Part shown: piece by piece, positions 11,942 to 22,000 of the stretch
Position numbering within the stretch: position 1 is the first letter of the stretch
Layout: the number at the start of each line of letters is the position of its first letter
Assembly: GCA_004431415.1 (NCBI GenBank)
Contig: QPMI01000499.1
Span: 186,001-250,000 of the forward strand
DNA: 64,000 nt
From: Cyanophora paradoxa CCMP329
Taxonomy: Eukaryota; Plantae; Glaucophyta
Direction: 5' to 3'
Program-made: the position numbers and the translations under genes
Notes under the pieces: generated by a model
What the model was told of the DNA's origin: nothing
What the model saw: the letters and a program-made list of their open reading frames with translations, nothing else
Databases searched by the model: none

Positions 11942-11970
11942 TCTTCTTTTATCTATATTTATATATTAAA

Positions 11971-12901
11971 ATGAATCGACTTGTTAATATTGATAGCAGG
12001 GATAGAAGCCAAGGGGAATCTGAAAACTCTTACAGGGTCACCCTCACAACTCCAGTAGAGAGACCAAGAGAATGCAGGGTTCTCTATGCAGAGATTCCAA
12101 ACAGTATCTATAACAGTGTGGGAACTGATCATTTAACAGTTGATTTTAACTACCAAGATGGTTCATACAATGAAATCATCACACAGAAAGTGTATCCCTT
12201 CCCAGTGGCTACATTAACCAGGGTCATTTTGGGGTCACACATCCCTATAATTATGGCTGAACTATTCAAGCTTCAAAACCATTGCAGATAAAACTGTGTT
12301 TTTCGACTTCAAGATATTCTACAACCCAACAACCTATAAAGTGGAGTTTTACAGTAACCATGAGTTTCGTTTTATTGCAAGCAACAAGCGAATAGGGAAG
12401 CTTTTGGGTGTAAGTTCTACTGAATACACCACTGGGTATTATAGCACTCCTCCTGTTGGTGGATCTCCATATCGACCTGAGAACCTTTTAAAGTATGATG
12501 GCAAACCTATTACACCTGATCACCCAGCATGGGGAATCACCTTCTCAGGACCCAGACTCTCCTCAAAGCCCTTGCAGTATTATTTCACCAGTAATAAGAT
12601 GTCTGATATGAATGCTGAGCAGTATCTGTACATGCATATTAAAGAGCTAGCCCCCTTTGCCAGCAGACACAATATAATTCCGAAATCGCAACCACACAAC
12701 CAGGGGGCTATCCTTAGATTGCAATTGAGTAAAGATATAGGTGGCTATGTTTACCATAGTGGTGAACATGCAGAATTTATTCAAATCAATGACAGAAACC
12801 TGGTGATAAGGGAACTCACTGTGGAGTTTAAAGATTACTTTGGTGAACTGATTGATATGAATGGAATCGATAATTCGTTTCAGTTGGAGTTTATCGAATA
12901 A
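11971..12901 (+). CDS. Minor capsid protein (penton) 2; frameshift near 12200-12280
   Basis: VNIDSRDR..YRVTL..RVLYAEIPNSIYN ... YLYMHIKEL ... LTVEFKDYFGELIDMNGIDNSFQLEF, a typical single-jelly-roll penton pattern. Confidence 0.8.
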
Positions 12902-14446
12902 AGGCACCTGTGAAATCAACTCTCATTGTGGGAGCATTCACATACACAAGGGGATAAATGCGAATATATTTAATTCTGAGAGAGAAACCTATGTAAAAAG
13001 CATCCTTGATGCTGAGAGGAAATCCACTCAATAGAGCCACATCACCAGAGTTGTGAGCATTGTTAATGTTCTCACAGACATATATTTTGTTTTGCCCATC
13101 TGATCGAATAAAAGACCAGTTGATCCCATCAGTGGATGTTGCCACATTGAAAGTCTTAATAAAAGCATTGGTGTCCCCTGATCCATAGGCAATCACAGAA
13201 GAGAGTTCAAAAGTATATGGGAAAGCAACTTGAAGGTATTCAGTGGGGGTTTCCCATATCTGTTCAGGAGCAAAGGCTCCAGCTTCCCAGCCAAATGCTG
13301 AAGGTCTTGCCATGAAAGGCTCTTTACCTGTCACAGAGGATGAGGCAGTAAAGGCATCATCTGCAAGCTGATACCAATTGGCATCCAAAGGAGGTGATGT
13401 AGTGAGAGTGGATGAGATGTAAGCCTTTGAAGGGTTCTTAAGTTCATAGTTTGCTACTAGTAGGCTGCAAAGCTTATTAATCATATCATTGTTTGCTGCT
13501 ATGTATGTTTCAGTGAATGCTATCATATCTGGGATTTTAGAAGTGTCATCCAGAGAGCTTACTATATGATTTGGAAGAGGGACTGATAGCCTATAGTATC
13601 TCCCATAATCCTGATCATAGTTGTAGGGTAACAACTCCTCCATCTTATCAAGGGCAGAAAGCTCACTTGCAGCCATGAGCATGTTAATCAATGGGCTTCC
13701 ATCTGTTGAGGCAATCCATGAGAGAATGCCCCAGCTATTGACAGTCTCATAAGCATAACCCACATAATCAGACTCTAAATGTGGGTCCACCTCACCACAA
13801 GAGATGCTTATTACTATAATATCATCATCATCACTGTAAATCTTCTTTGCATGGCTGTAACCACACACACTGGGATTATTGTTTCCCGAAATGGCACCAT
13901 CAATAAGACAGACAAATACTCCTCGATTGAAATCAACAATGCTTACAGGAGAGAAATATGTAGGAGCAGCAGAAGTAGCCCTAGCAGCAATCTTACAAGG
14001 CATAAAGTTGTAATTGTTATCATTTGTGATAAATATTGGTTTCATATTCTGAGTATCAAAGGATGTAATCACAATGTCCTTTAGGGAATCCTGTATTAGT
14101 GATTCACCAGTAACTGAATTGATTGCAGTCTCCAAGGGTCCGACATCATACTTTGTGTTAAAAAGGGCATTTTCGATTATATTTCGAGGATTTGCAAAAA
14201 TCAAGGGCAGTTGAGTTAGGTAAATATTGTGTAAATCGTTTGCTGTCAGTTTAGGTTCACCTGGTTTATCAGGATGCCTGATATTCAAACCTATTGCAAT
14301 GATCCCACCAGTGGAAGTTCCACTTACAAGATCCACAAGATCGATTATTCTTCTGCCAGTTCGATTTTCAATTTCTTTTAGCAGCCTGGTTATGATAATG
14401 CCCCTTGCACCTCCCCTGACAATGCTAAAACGATCTTCTGAGGCAT
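12891..14446 (-). CDS. Patatin-like phospholipase fused to C-terminal discoidin (F5/8 type C) domain
   Basis: ATG 14446 gives MPQKIVLALSGGGARG after +1 G. Nucleophile GTSTG, ARATSAAPTYF, DGA. C-terminal EYLQVAF..IKTFNVATSTDGINW..KYIRIYP..MRVDF. Confidence 0.88.
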
Positions 14447-14489
14447 CTTTTACTTATCAGGAATTTTATAAATCCATATAGTAAAAGCC

Positions 14490-17400
14490 ATGAGCTTCAA
14501 TTACCCACCCAATCTAGAAACCATTCAAGATGATAATGCAAGCAGCACCAAGCATGTGAACTTTGATAATATTAAAGTAAAGGGTTCAGTTTCGATTGAC
14601 CACAGTTCCGATAATTCATCCAAGACTCAATCAAGGGAGCATGCTTTGTCTGTGAATCAAACCGATCCAGATAAGGAGGAAGTTAGTGTTGCTTTTAGCT
14701 TGGGTAATGTGAAAGCAAACCAAGTGGCAGAGATCAAAGCAACAAGAAGGAGACCTAGGAAACTAAAAACCAGTGGCACTCACCCAGATATACCTTCCAG
14801 GTTTGACAGTGGTCGTCTGGTTTTCAATGTTCAAGATGAGCAGGGCAAACAGAACACAGCTTTGCGAATTTACAATGAGGGCAGCACTGCAAAAGCTGAG
14901 GTCCCCCAAGTATTGCAAGTGGGTCCCATTGCCAATACAAATCAGGTCTCCTACACAAATGATGTCTACCCCAAGGATATTACATATGACTTTGCAAGGA
15001 ATGAGCCTTTTGGGTTCTTTACTCCAAAAGATGTCCATCAAAAAAAGCCATCAATTACAATCAACAGTAGCCCCAGTCAACCAGTAGCAATCCATTTACA
15101 TCCTGATTTAGTCGAAATGGATAGGCACCTTTTGCCTTTGTATAGCAATGTGAAAGACCTTGGAATTCGAACCAGGCAATGGCGAAATATCCATGGCAGC
15201 AATGTGTATGCAAATGGTGAGAAGCTTGTAAGTGAGAAGACCATAAGAGAGATCTTTGAGTATTATGGACCTGTCCCAGTTCCCTTCCCTCTTCCATGGG
15301 ATCCACCAGATTTAACACCGAAAAAGCAACCAGGCAGAGAGTACACAGCAGATGAGACAGTTCCTTTTGGGCAACACATTGTTAGTTGGGAGCAGGTTCG
15401 CAATAAACCGATAATTGAACCAAGAAAGCAAATTGATGAGCAATATTTACCTCCTGAAATCGATATTTTGGAGCTTGACGAATACCAATTCGTTCCAGAT
15501 GAGGAGGAATACCTACCTGATGGTTTCGACCCACAAGAGTATGAATATGATCAATATGATCCCAATGATGAAGAGTATTTACCAGATGGTTTAGATCCAC
15601 AAGAGTATGAGTATGAGCAGAATTATGAACCCCATGAGGAATATTTAGCAGATGGTCATGATCCACCAGCTGTTGACTATGAGCAACCTTATGAACCCCA
15701 TGAAGAATTATTACCAGATGGATTTCGACCTGAGATTTGGGAATTCTTCCCAGATTGGGAGCAGATCAACAACAAACCAGCCAGATTTCCACCAGAGGAT
15801 CACAACCATGACTGGGATGAGATCTTAGGTAAACCAGAGAAATTCCCACCAGAGGATCACAGGCATAATTGGGGTGATATTGATGGGATCCCACCAGAGT
15901 TTCCACCAGAAGACCATTTGCATATTTGGAGTGAAATACGAGAACAACCCACTTTTGCATCAGCAGGTAATGTATTATTAGGAGATATTAACAATGGTGT
16001 GAGTCTCTATCAAAATATAGACACACCAGCAAGATTACAATTAAATGATTACTATGTGAATCGAAAGGGAATAGATGCAGGCACCACAATGGAAGGCGAA
16101 TTATACATTAGACCCCCTACAAGAAATGGAATATTGGGACTTGGTGGTGGTATTGAAATTAAAGACACCAAACCAGGTATCTATTTGACAAGTTACTTTG
16201 CAGATGACATCCCAATGACAGGAGGATTGATCTCTCTACCATCTGATCCAGCAAACTATGATGATAAAAACGCAGCAATCCAAATTAATGTTACTGATGT
16301 GAGTGATTTAGATTCATCAAGACCGAAATTAATATTCAGCAGAGAGAGAATGCTACCTGATGCACTTTTAGGAAATCGAGACGATTATAAACAGTGTGAG
16401 GTGTCATGGATTAAAACAAATTATAATGGTGGAGTGGGTGAGGGAGTCTTAGAAATCAATCAGAGGGCAGCAGCAAAGAATATTCACAATGAGACCATAT
16501 CGAGAATAGTTACAGAGGATTACCTTCAAGCCCAAAACTACATAGATGAAACCGAACTAAATACAATCATTGCAGGAATAAATATTGGTGTGACAGGTGA
16601 TTACCTCCCTCTGACAGGTGGGACTATTGATGGAACAGTGACAGCATGCAACTTCTTTGTTCACACTGAAAGCAATCAAACATTCCCAGTTGTACATCCA
16701 GGAGGTGAGTATGAGATACCTGATGATCCAGCAATAATGCCCATTAAGATTGATCTACCTTCTGATTATGTAGGAAGAGGTGAACTGAAAATCATATCTT
16801 TCACAGGAGATTATAATGATCTAATTAATAAACCCACCCCATCTAATCTACACCCTGTTGCATATTCAGGTAGCTTCCTTGATCTGAATTATAGATCACA
16901 CACCCACACAAAGGCAGAGATCACAGATTTCGCACACACTCACACCAAATCCCAGATAACAGATTTTGCACACACCCACACAAGAGCAGATATCACGAAT
17001 TTCGCTCACACTCATTTTAAATCTGAAATCACAGATTTCGCACACACTCACACAAAGTCACAGATTACAGATTTTGCACACACTCATGTCAAGAGTGAGA
17101 TTACAGATTTTGCACACACTCATGTCAAGAGTGAGATTACAGATTTTGCTCACACTCATGTCAAAGCAGATATTACAGATTTTGCACATACTCATGATTG
17201 GAATACAGATATCTATAACAAACCCGCTTTATTTTCGGGCAACTACAATGACCTGACCAATAAACCCACCCTCGATCCCTTTACAGCAAATACTATTACT
17301 GCAAATGCAAACCTTCTCATTGGATCAGGTTACTTTCTCGATTATGACCCATATATTATGCCTGATCCTCCTGTTATTTGGAATTTCCACAATTCAACCC

Positions 17401-17837
17401 TTTCTACTAACTCTATATCTTACTATCAGGATAAAACCCTACTTGTTCGTGGAAATGCATATGCAAGAGAAATGTGGGTCATGGATCCTCGGGACAATTC
17501 AAAGGTTACTAAGCTGGCTCCTCAATACATGCTTGATAACCTGATTAGAAAAGGGAGACATGAAATGACAATTGCGAATCCTCAAATTGGGGGCAGTTCA
17601 GCAAGGCAAAACCATAGCATTACATTAAATTGGAGTCCTGCCTTTGCATCTGCTCCATCTGTTGTTGTAACATTGCAGGGACTACCTGCAACAAATGTGG
17701 AAATCGATTATAAAATAGGAATATCAAGCAACTCAACAACCTCTACCACAATCAATCTTGTTATTTGGGCAGCAGGATGGGTAACCATTCAACCACAGTG
17801 GCTTCAAATTGCAATCCATTGGATAGCATCAGCATAA
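14490..17837 (+). CDS. Long fibre/spike protein (1115 aa) with phage tail-fibre repeats
   Basis: EEYLPDGxDP repeats, FPPEDHxHxW repeats, YLPLTGGTIDG, GxYNDLxNKP motifs, ~8 HTHxKSEITDFA repeats, C-terminal FASAPSVVVT beta domain. Confidence 0.75.
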   Translation: MSFNYPPNLETIQDDNASSTKHVNFDNIKVKGSVSIDHSSDNSSKTQSREHALSVNQTDPDKEEVSVAFSLGNVKANQVAEIKATRRRPRKLKTSGTHPDIPSRFDSGRLVFNVQDEQGKQNTALRIYNEGSTAKAEVPQVLQVGPIANTNQVSYTNDVYPKDITYDFARNEPFGFFTPKDVHQKKPSITINSSPSQPVAIHLHPDLVEMDRHLLPLYSNVKDLGIRTRQWRNIHGSNVYANGEKLVSEKTIREIFEYYGPVPVPFPLPWDPPDLTPKKQPGREYTADETVPFGQHIVSWEQVRNKPIIEPRKQIDEQYLPPEIDILELDEYQFVPDEEEYLPDGFDPQEYEYDQYDPNDEEYLPDGLDPQEYEYEQNYEPHEEYLADGHDPPAVDYEQPYEPHEELLPDGFRPEIWEFFPDWEQINNKPARFPPEDHNHDWDEILGKPEKFPPEDHRHNWGDIDGIPPEFPPEDHLHIWSEIREQPTFASAGNVLLGDINNGVSLYQNIDTPARLQLNDYYVNRKGIDAGTTMEGELYIRPPTRNGILGLGGGIEIKDTKPGIYLTSYFADDIPMTGGLISLPSDPANYDDKNAAIQINVTDVSDLDSSRPKLIFSRERMLPDALLGNRDDYKQCEVSWIKTNYNGGVGEGVLEINQRAAAKNIHNETISRIVTEDYLQAQNYIDETELNTIIAGINIGVTGDYLPLTGGTIDGTVTACNFFVHTESNQTFPVVHPGGEYEIPDDPAIMPIKIDLPSDYVGRGELKIISFTGDYNDLINKPTPSNLHPVAYSGSFLDLNYRSHTHTKAEITDFAHTHTKSQITDFAHTHTRADITNFAHTHFKSEITDFAHTHTKSQITDFAHTHVKSEITDFAHTHVKSEITDFAHTHVKADITDFAHTHDWNTDIYNKPALFSGNYNDLTNKPTLDPFTANTITANANLLIGSGYFLDYDPYIMPDPPVIWNFHNSTLSTNSISYYQDKTLLVRGNAYAREMWVMDPRDNSKVTKLAPQYMLDNLIRKGRHEMTIANPQIGGSSARQNHSITLNWSPAFASAPSVVVTLQGLPATNVEIDYKIGISSNSTTSTTINLVIWAAGWVTIQPQWLQIAIHWIASA
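16898..17198 (+). repeat. 36-bp coding tandem repeat (HTHxKSEITDFA, ~8 copies)
   Basis: Directly visible, e.g. GATTTTGCACACACTCATGTCAAGAGTGAGATTACA repeated. Confidence 0.9.
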
Positions 17838-17862
17838 TAAAGATTCTCACACTATTACAAAG

Positions 17863-18930
17863 ATGACCTCTCTATTAGAAATCCCAAACTATGAACTTGC
17901 AGCCAAATCACTGCACAGCACCTCTCATGGAGTAGTTGATTCAACCCCTGGGTATATTTGTACTGAAACTTCAAGTAATACCTCTTTCACAGAGAATAAT
18001 ATACTCAGAGTCAAAGAAATTCGATGTGATAGGAATGGAGGCAAGATAAGAACCACAGGAATTATTATCTCGAATAAAAATCAGGTTCAAGCAGGTCAAG
18101 TAGTCCCAGATTCAGCAATATATGATAATGTAGGTGGATTTACCACAGCACAGATAGTTTCTTTTGGTAACACAAGTAATACTTCCGCTCTTGTAGTCAA
18201 GAGTGGAGGAGCATACTTTGGAGAGGCATTAAAGGTGAATGGAACAGTAACAGCATCCATACTAAATGCTGGAAGTGGAATGTTTGAGAGTCCAATAAAT
18301 TTTGAGGGTGGATATAATGCGAGTAGTTTTTCAGTTGGTGTTGGTGTCTTTTCCACAATGTTAAACACACCTGAAATTGAATCATCGAATGCACTCAATA
18401 TCAAGAGAAATGCAGTGGTTACAGCAACCATAAACAATGTTTCCCCTTCAATAAATCTAATTAAATATCTGAAAGCTCCTCACCCTCGGTTTTGTATTGT
18501 AAATTATTCAACATCAGCAGTTACTGTGGGAACCACATCAACAGCAAGAAGATTCGCTTTTAACAGAACTCTTGTGGATGCAAGCAATAATATCACATTA
18601 TCCACAGGCACCTTTACAGCACCTGTGTCCGGAATTTATAGATTCTTCTTCATTGTTCAAATGTCAACAGCTTCATCAACAGGGGAGTGTAGAGTTGCAT
18701 TTAGAAAGAATGATTTGGCTCTTTCCCCTCAATCGGTTCAAGAATTTTCAACTTACAATGGAAGGCGAAGTGTTCATATGGAGGCTTCTTTTGCTGTATA
18801 TGCGAACGAATTTGTGAATGTTATACAAACCTGGACATCGTCCATGCAATATGATGCTACAATACAAGGTATTACCTGTTTTGGGGGCATCTCATCAGTA
18901 GATTATAAACTTTTTGTTGGGAATTTATAG
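17863..18930 (+). CDS. Fibre-tip protein 1: shared N-terminal module + C1q/TNF-like domain
   Basis: ILRVKEIRCDRNGGKIRTT and ALVVKSGGAY N-module; C1q signature GTFTAPVSGIYRFFF. Confidence 0.75.
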   Translation: MTSLLEIPNYELAAKSLHSTSHGVVDSTPGYICTETSSNTSFTENNILRVKEIRCDRNGGKIRTTGIIISNKNQVQAGQVVPDSAIYDNVGGFTTAQIVSFGNTSNTSALVVKSGGAYFGEALKVNGTVTASILNAGSGMFESPINFEGGYNASSFSVGVGVFSTMLNTPEIESSNALNIKRNAVVTATINNVSPSINLIKYLKAPHPRFCIVNYSTSAVTVGTTSTARRFAFNRTLVDASNNITLSTGTFTAPVSGIYRFFFIVQMSTASSTGECRVAFRKNDLALSPQSVQEFSTYNGRRSVHMEASFAVYANEFVNVIQTWTSSMQYDATIQGITCFGGISSVDYKLFVGNL

Positions 18931-19953
18931 ATGGCTACCCAAATTGCAGTTCCTGTTTTCTGTTATGCAGCACCTAAATTGCATCAACTGAACCACACAG
19001 TTACAGATGCTATTCCCGGGTTTATTTGCACAGAAACCACAGGAGCAGATTCATTTACTCAAAATTCAATTATCAGATGCAAGGAAATTCGATGTGATAG
19101 AAATGCTGGAAAAATACGAACCACACAATTAATCGTAAGTAACAAGAATCAGGTTTTACCAGGTGGTGTAGTTGCTGATGCAGCTATTTATGATGATGCA
19201 GGTGGGGTGACCACACCACAAATTGTTACTTTTGATGGGACAGAAAATAATGCAGCACTTGTAGTTAAATCAGGTGGAGCATGGATAGGTTCGGGAGCTT
19301 TTGTGAATGGAACACTCTCAGCTACAAATGTTTCAATTTCAGGAACAACAACATTTACAGGTGTTGTGAATGCAAATGGTGGTCTTTTTGTTCCTACTTA
19401 TACAGTCCCTGTGATGACCACAACCACAAAGATTCAAACACCTGAAATAGATACAGGAGCAAATGTAGATCTCATTCTGAAACGCAATAGCACAGAAGTC
19501 GCACGAATTGATGCAGGGGGTCTTACAATCGCAGCAAACTTTTATTTGAAGCAAGAAACCCAACCTCGATTTTGTGTTGGGTTTGGTGTAGCAACAAGAA
19601 GTGGAGTATATGGGCGTCTTACTAATTGGTTGCATGAATTCTTTGATAATACCAACTCATTTGATGTAGTAGAAGGGAAATTCACAGCGCCTATAAGTGG
19701 AGATAATAGATTCTCTCTTAATTCTTATAGTATTGTTACCTCATCTGTGAGTGTAGATCTGAAAGTAAATGATCAGAATGTTTCAACAGAATTCAATTTC
19801 AGGGTAAACAACTCACAAACAGTAACCAACAAAACAATCATTTTGAGCGCAATACTCAGACTTGGAGCCGGGGATAATGTCTCTATTTATGCTGTTGATA
19901 CTTCCATTTCAGAATTCACAACGTTTAGTGGCGAATTGCTGAGCATAATTTAA
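18931..19953 (+). CDS. Fibre-tip protein 2: shared N-terminal module + C1q/TNF-like domain
   Basis: IIRCKEIRCDRNAGKIRTT, ALVVKSGGAW; GKFTAPISG..RFS, ILRLGAGDNVSI, TFSGELL. Confidence 0.75.
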   Translation: MATQIAVPVFCYAAPKLHQLNHTVTDAIPGFICTETTGADSFTQNSIIRCKEIRCDRNAGKIRTTQLIVSNKNQVLPGGVVADAAIYDDAGGVTTPQIVTFDGTENNAALVVKSGGAWIGSGAFVNGTLSATNVSISGTTTFTGVVNANGGLFVPTYTVPVMTTTTKIQTPEIDTGANVDLILKRNSTEVARIDAGGLTIAANFYLKQETQPRFCVGFGVATRSGVYGRLTNWLHEFFDNTNSFDVVEGKFTAPISGDNRFSLNSYSIVTSSVSVDLKVNDQNVSTEFNFRVNNSQTVTNKTIILSAILRLGAGDNVSIYAVDTSISEFTTFSGELLSII

Positions 19954-19972
19954 TTTCTACAAGTAGTTTAGA

Positions 19973-20236
19973 ATGTCGAATATATACCAAGTAGTTCTGA
20001 CTGATACCGAAAAGTTGGGAATGGAATATTGCGCTGCTTCTGTTCAGGACTGGATTGATAATGCTGCCCACAACAGGGCAAGAATCGCAATTGATGAGAT
20101 TGTTCAGAAAGAGATCCAATCTTGCATCTCATCAGGAGTTCAGATACCAACCTCAAAGGAAGCGATTGTATTACAGGCATTCCAAAGGGGAACTGTAAAG
20201 AAAGGTATCGAGTATAATAATGTCACAGAAGAGTAG
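19973..20236 (+). CDS. Small phage-type accessory protein (possible fibre chaperone)
   Basis: LTDTE...MEYCAASVQDWIDNAAHNRARIAIDEI...QAF..G.VK resembles, from memory, small proteins encoded beside C1q-type fibre genes in tailed phages. Confidence 0.55.
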   Translation: MSNIYQVVLTDTEKLGMEYCAASVQDWIDNAAHNRARIAIDEIVQKEIQSCISSGVQIPTSKEAIVLQAFQRGTVKKGIEYNNVTEE

Positions 20237-20275
20237 TGTACATTATTTTTTCTTTCCTTCTTAGTAAAAGAAGCA

Positions 20276-21121
20276 ATGGGTGAATATAATCGAGTTCAAC
20301 TTCCAATATATTCCCTTGGATCCCCTGCAATGCACTTTCGCCAGCATGAAGTTAATGATGAGGTTCGTGGTTTAGAATCCACAGAGAGACCCAATTCCAA
20401 TGGTAACTCCTTTGATAAAAATTCGATTATTCGAGTTAAAGAGCTGAGAGCTGATAAGAATTCAGGTGTGGTTAAAACAACTCGACTTCTTGTCACAAAT
20501 GCTAACTTTTTCCAACCAATAAATGGAGGCCCTGATGCTTACAGTGTTGATCTGAAAGCCCTCGATTTTGACAAGAATTCTGCAGCTGTTACTGTGAGAT
20601 CAGGAGGAGCATTTATTGGGGGTGGCTGCAGAGTTTCAGGTCAACTCTCATCCTCAATTTCGTATAATGATGTCCCAGATACTCTTGAGCAGAATGTTGA
20701 AGACCCCCAACGAATTCGATTATATATACCAGTTGCACAACAGCCACTTATTCAATTTTACCAAGGTTATACTGTCACACTTGAAAACTCTGAATTGATT
20801 GAAGGAACCAAAAGAGTAATGAGAGGGCTGGTCATTCCTTCTGCAATGCTTTCTTTATGTAGAGCCAACAATAACCAGCCAGGTCACAGATACCATTTCA
20901 GTGTTCAAGGATATGATCATTTTGGCACAGGGTTCTGTGTTTATAATAACAATTTCACCTATGATCTGTTTGTTACAGATATTGGAAAATATACAATTAC
21001 AGTTATGGGTATCAGAACAGATATAGCTGCTGTCTCAGCTCTTAGAGGTGTTACTCCTGATACTCTTTCTCAAACAGGGTTTTACATGGAGCCAGATGTA
21101 ATTGATGACCCAACCCCATAA
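20276..21121 (+). CDS. Fibre-tip paralog 3 (shared N-module, unrelated C-terminus)
   Basis: IIRVKELRADKNSGVVKTTRLLVTN, AVTVRSGGAFIG. Confidence 0.7.
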   Translation: MGEYNRVQLPIYSLGSPAMHFRQHEVNDEVRGLESTERPNSNGNSFDKNSIIRVKELRADKNSGVVKTTRLLVTNANFFQPINGGPDAYSVDLKALDFDKNSAAVTVRSGGAFIGGGCRVSGQLSSSISYNDVPDTLEQNVEDPQRIRLYIPVAQQPLIQFYQGYTVTLENSELIEGTKRVMRGLVIPSAMLSLCRANNNQPGHRYHFSVQGYDHFGTGFCVYNNNFTYDLFVTDIGKYTITVMGIRTDIAAVSALRGVTPDTLSQTGFYMEPDVIDDPTP

Positions 21122-21144
21122 ATTATATATCACTTTAATGTAAA

Positions 21145-21978
21145 ATGGCTGAGCAACCCCCACTTGAACGAATTATTACACCACAGCTATCATTAGCTGC
21201 CCCAGCAAACCATGTTTTACAGCATGCTACCTTTGATGATGTGGAAGGTCTCCAATCAACAGAGGTCCAACCTACAATGAATACATTTGGTTCCACCCAC
21301 AAGCTGAGATTACAGGAACTCAGATGTGATAAAAATAATGGAATAGTTAAGACAACTAAGCTACTTGTCACAAATGCAAACTTTTCTGCTCATTATGGAG
21401 ACCCAGATAGCTATGGAGATCCTCTGTCTACTTATTCTTTTGAATCTAGGTCGGGAGCTATTAACTGCAAATCGGGGGGAGCTTATATTGGTGATGGTCT
21501 TAGGGTTGGTGGGGCTGTTGGAGCGCCTCTATTTGTGAATGATCAACCCAATCCCATTGATCCCAACACAAGAATTCGAACCTATGTCCCCAGCATGAAT
21601 GCCCCCTATATAATCAAGATATTCCCCATTGTTGTGAATGAACAAACAGCAGTAGTAGACTCTCTTGTTGAGATTGGTGACCACTACAAGGTTGTTGTTG
21701 ATATCCCACCAGATGTTTATGCTGTATGCCAAGTAGAAGGTGGAACTCCCAACTTTGCAGTAGTGATCACCCCATATGATAATTTCGGAATTGCTTATCA
21801 TGGAGTCAATTTCGGTTTGGAAGACTATCAGTTCTTAGTGAGAGCCACCAAGTTTGGTATCTACAAGTGTGTGATGTTTGCAGAGAGAACCGATTTTATT
21901 GCAAAGCAGAATACCTATGCTGAATACTATGGGACAAATCGATATTTCCCCATTTTCGGGCAGGATACTGCTCCATAA
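21145..21978 (+). CDS. Fibre-tip paralog 4
   Basis: KLRLQELRCDKNNGIVKTTKLLVTN, AINCKSGGAYIG. C-half related to paralog 3 (DP..RIR.Y.P, YD.FG, G.Y...V...RTD). Confidence 0.7.
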   Translation: MAEQPPLERIITPQLSLAAPANHVLQHATFDDVEGLQSTEVQPTMNTFGSTHKLRLQELRCDKNNGIVKTTKLLVTNANFSAHYGDPDSYGDPLSTYSFESRSGAINCKSGGAYIGDGLRVGGAVGAPLFVNDQPNPIDPNTRIRTYVPSMNAPYIIKIFPIVVNEQTAVVDSLVEIGDHYKVVVDIPPDVYAVCQVEGGTPNFAVVITPYDNFGIAYHGVNFGLEDYQFLVRATKFGIYKCVMFAERTDFIAKQNTYAEYYGTNRYFPIFGQDTAP

Positions 21979-22000
21979 GAATGTTGATTATATATAGAGT

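Noticed and set aside
16898-17198. 36-bp repeats as a CRISPR array
   Set aside because: Contiguous in-frame coding repeats with no spacers and no cas genes.
17863-21978. Diversity-generating retroelement acting on the fibre tips
   Set aside because: No reverse transcriptase in the element and no template/variable repeat pair seen.
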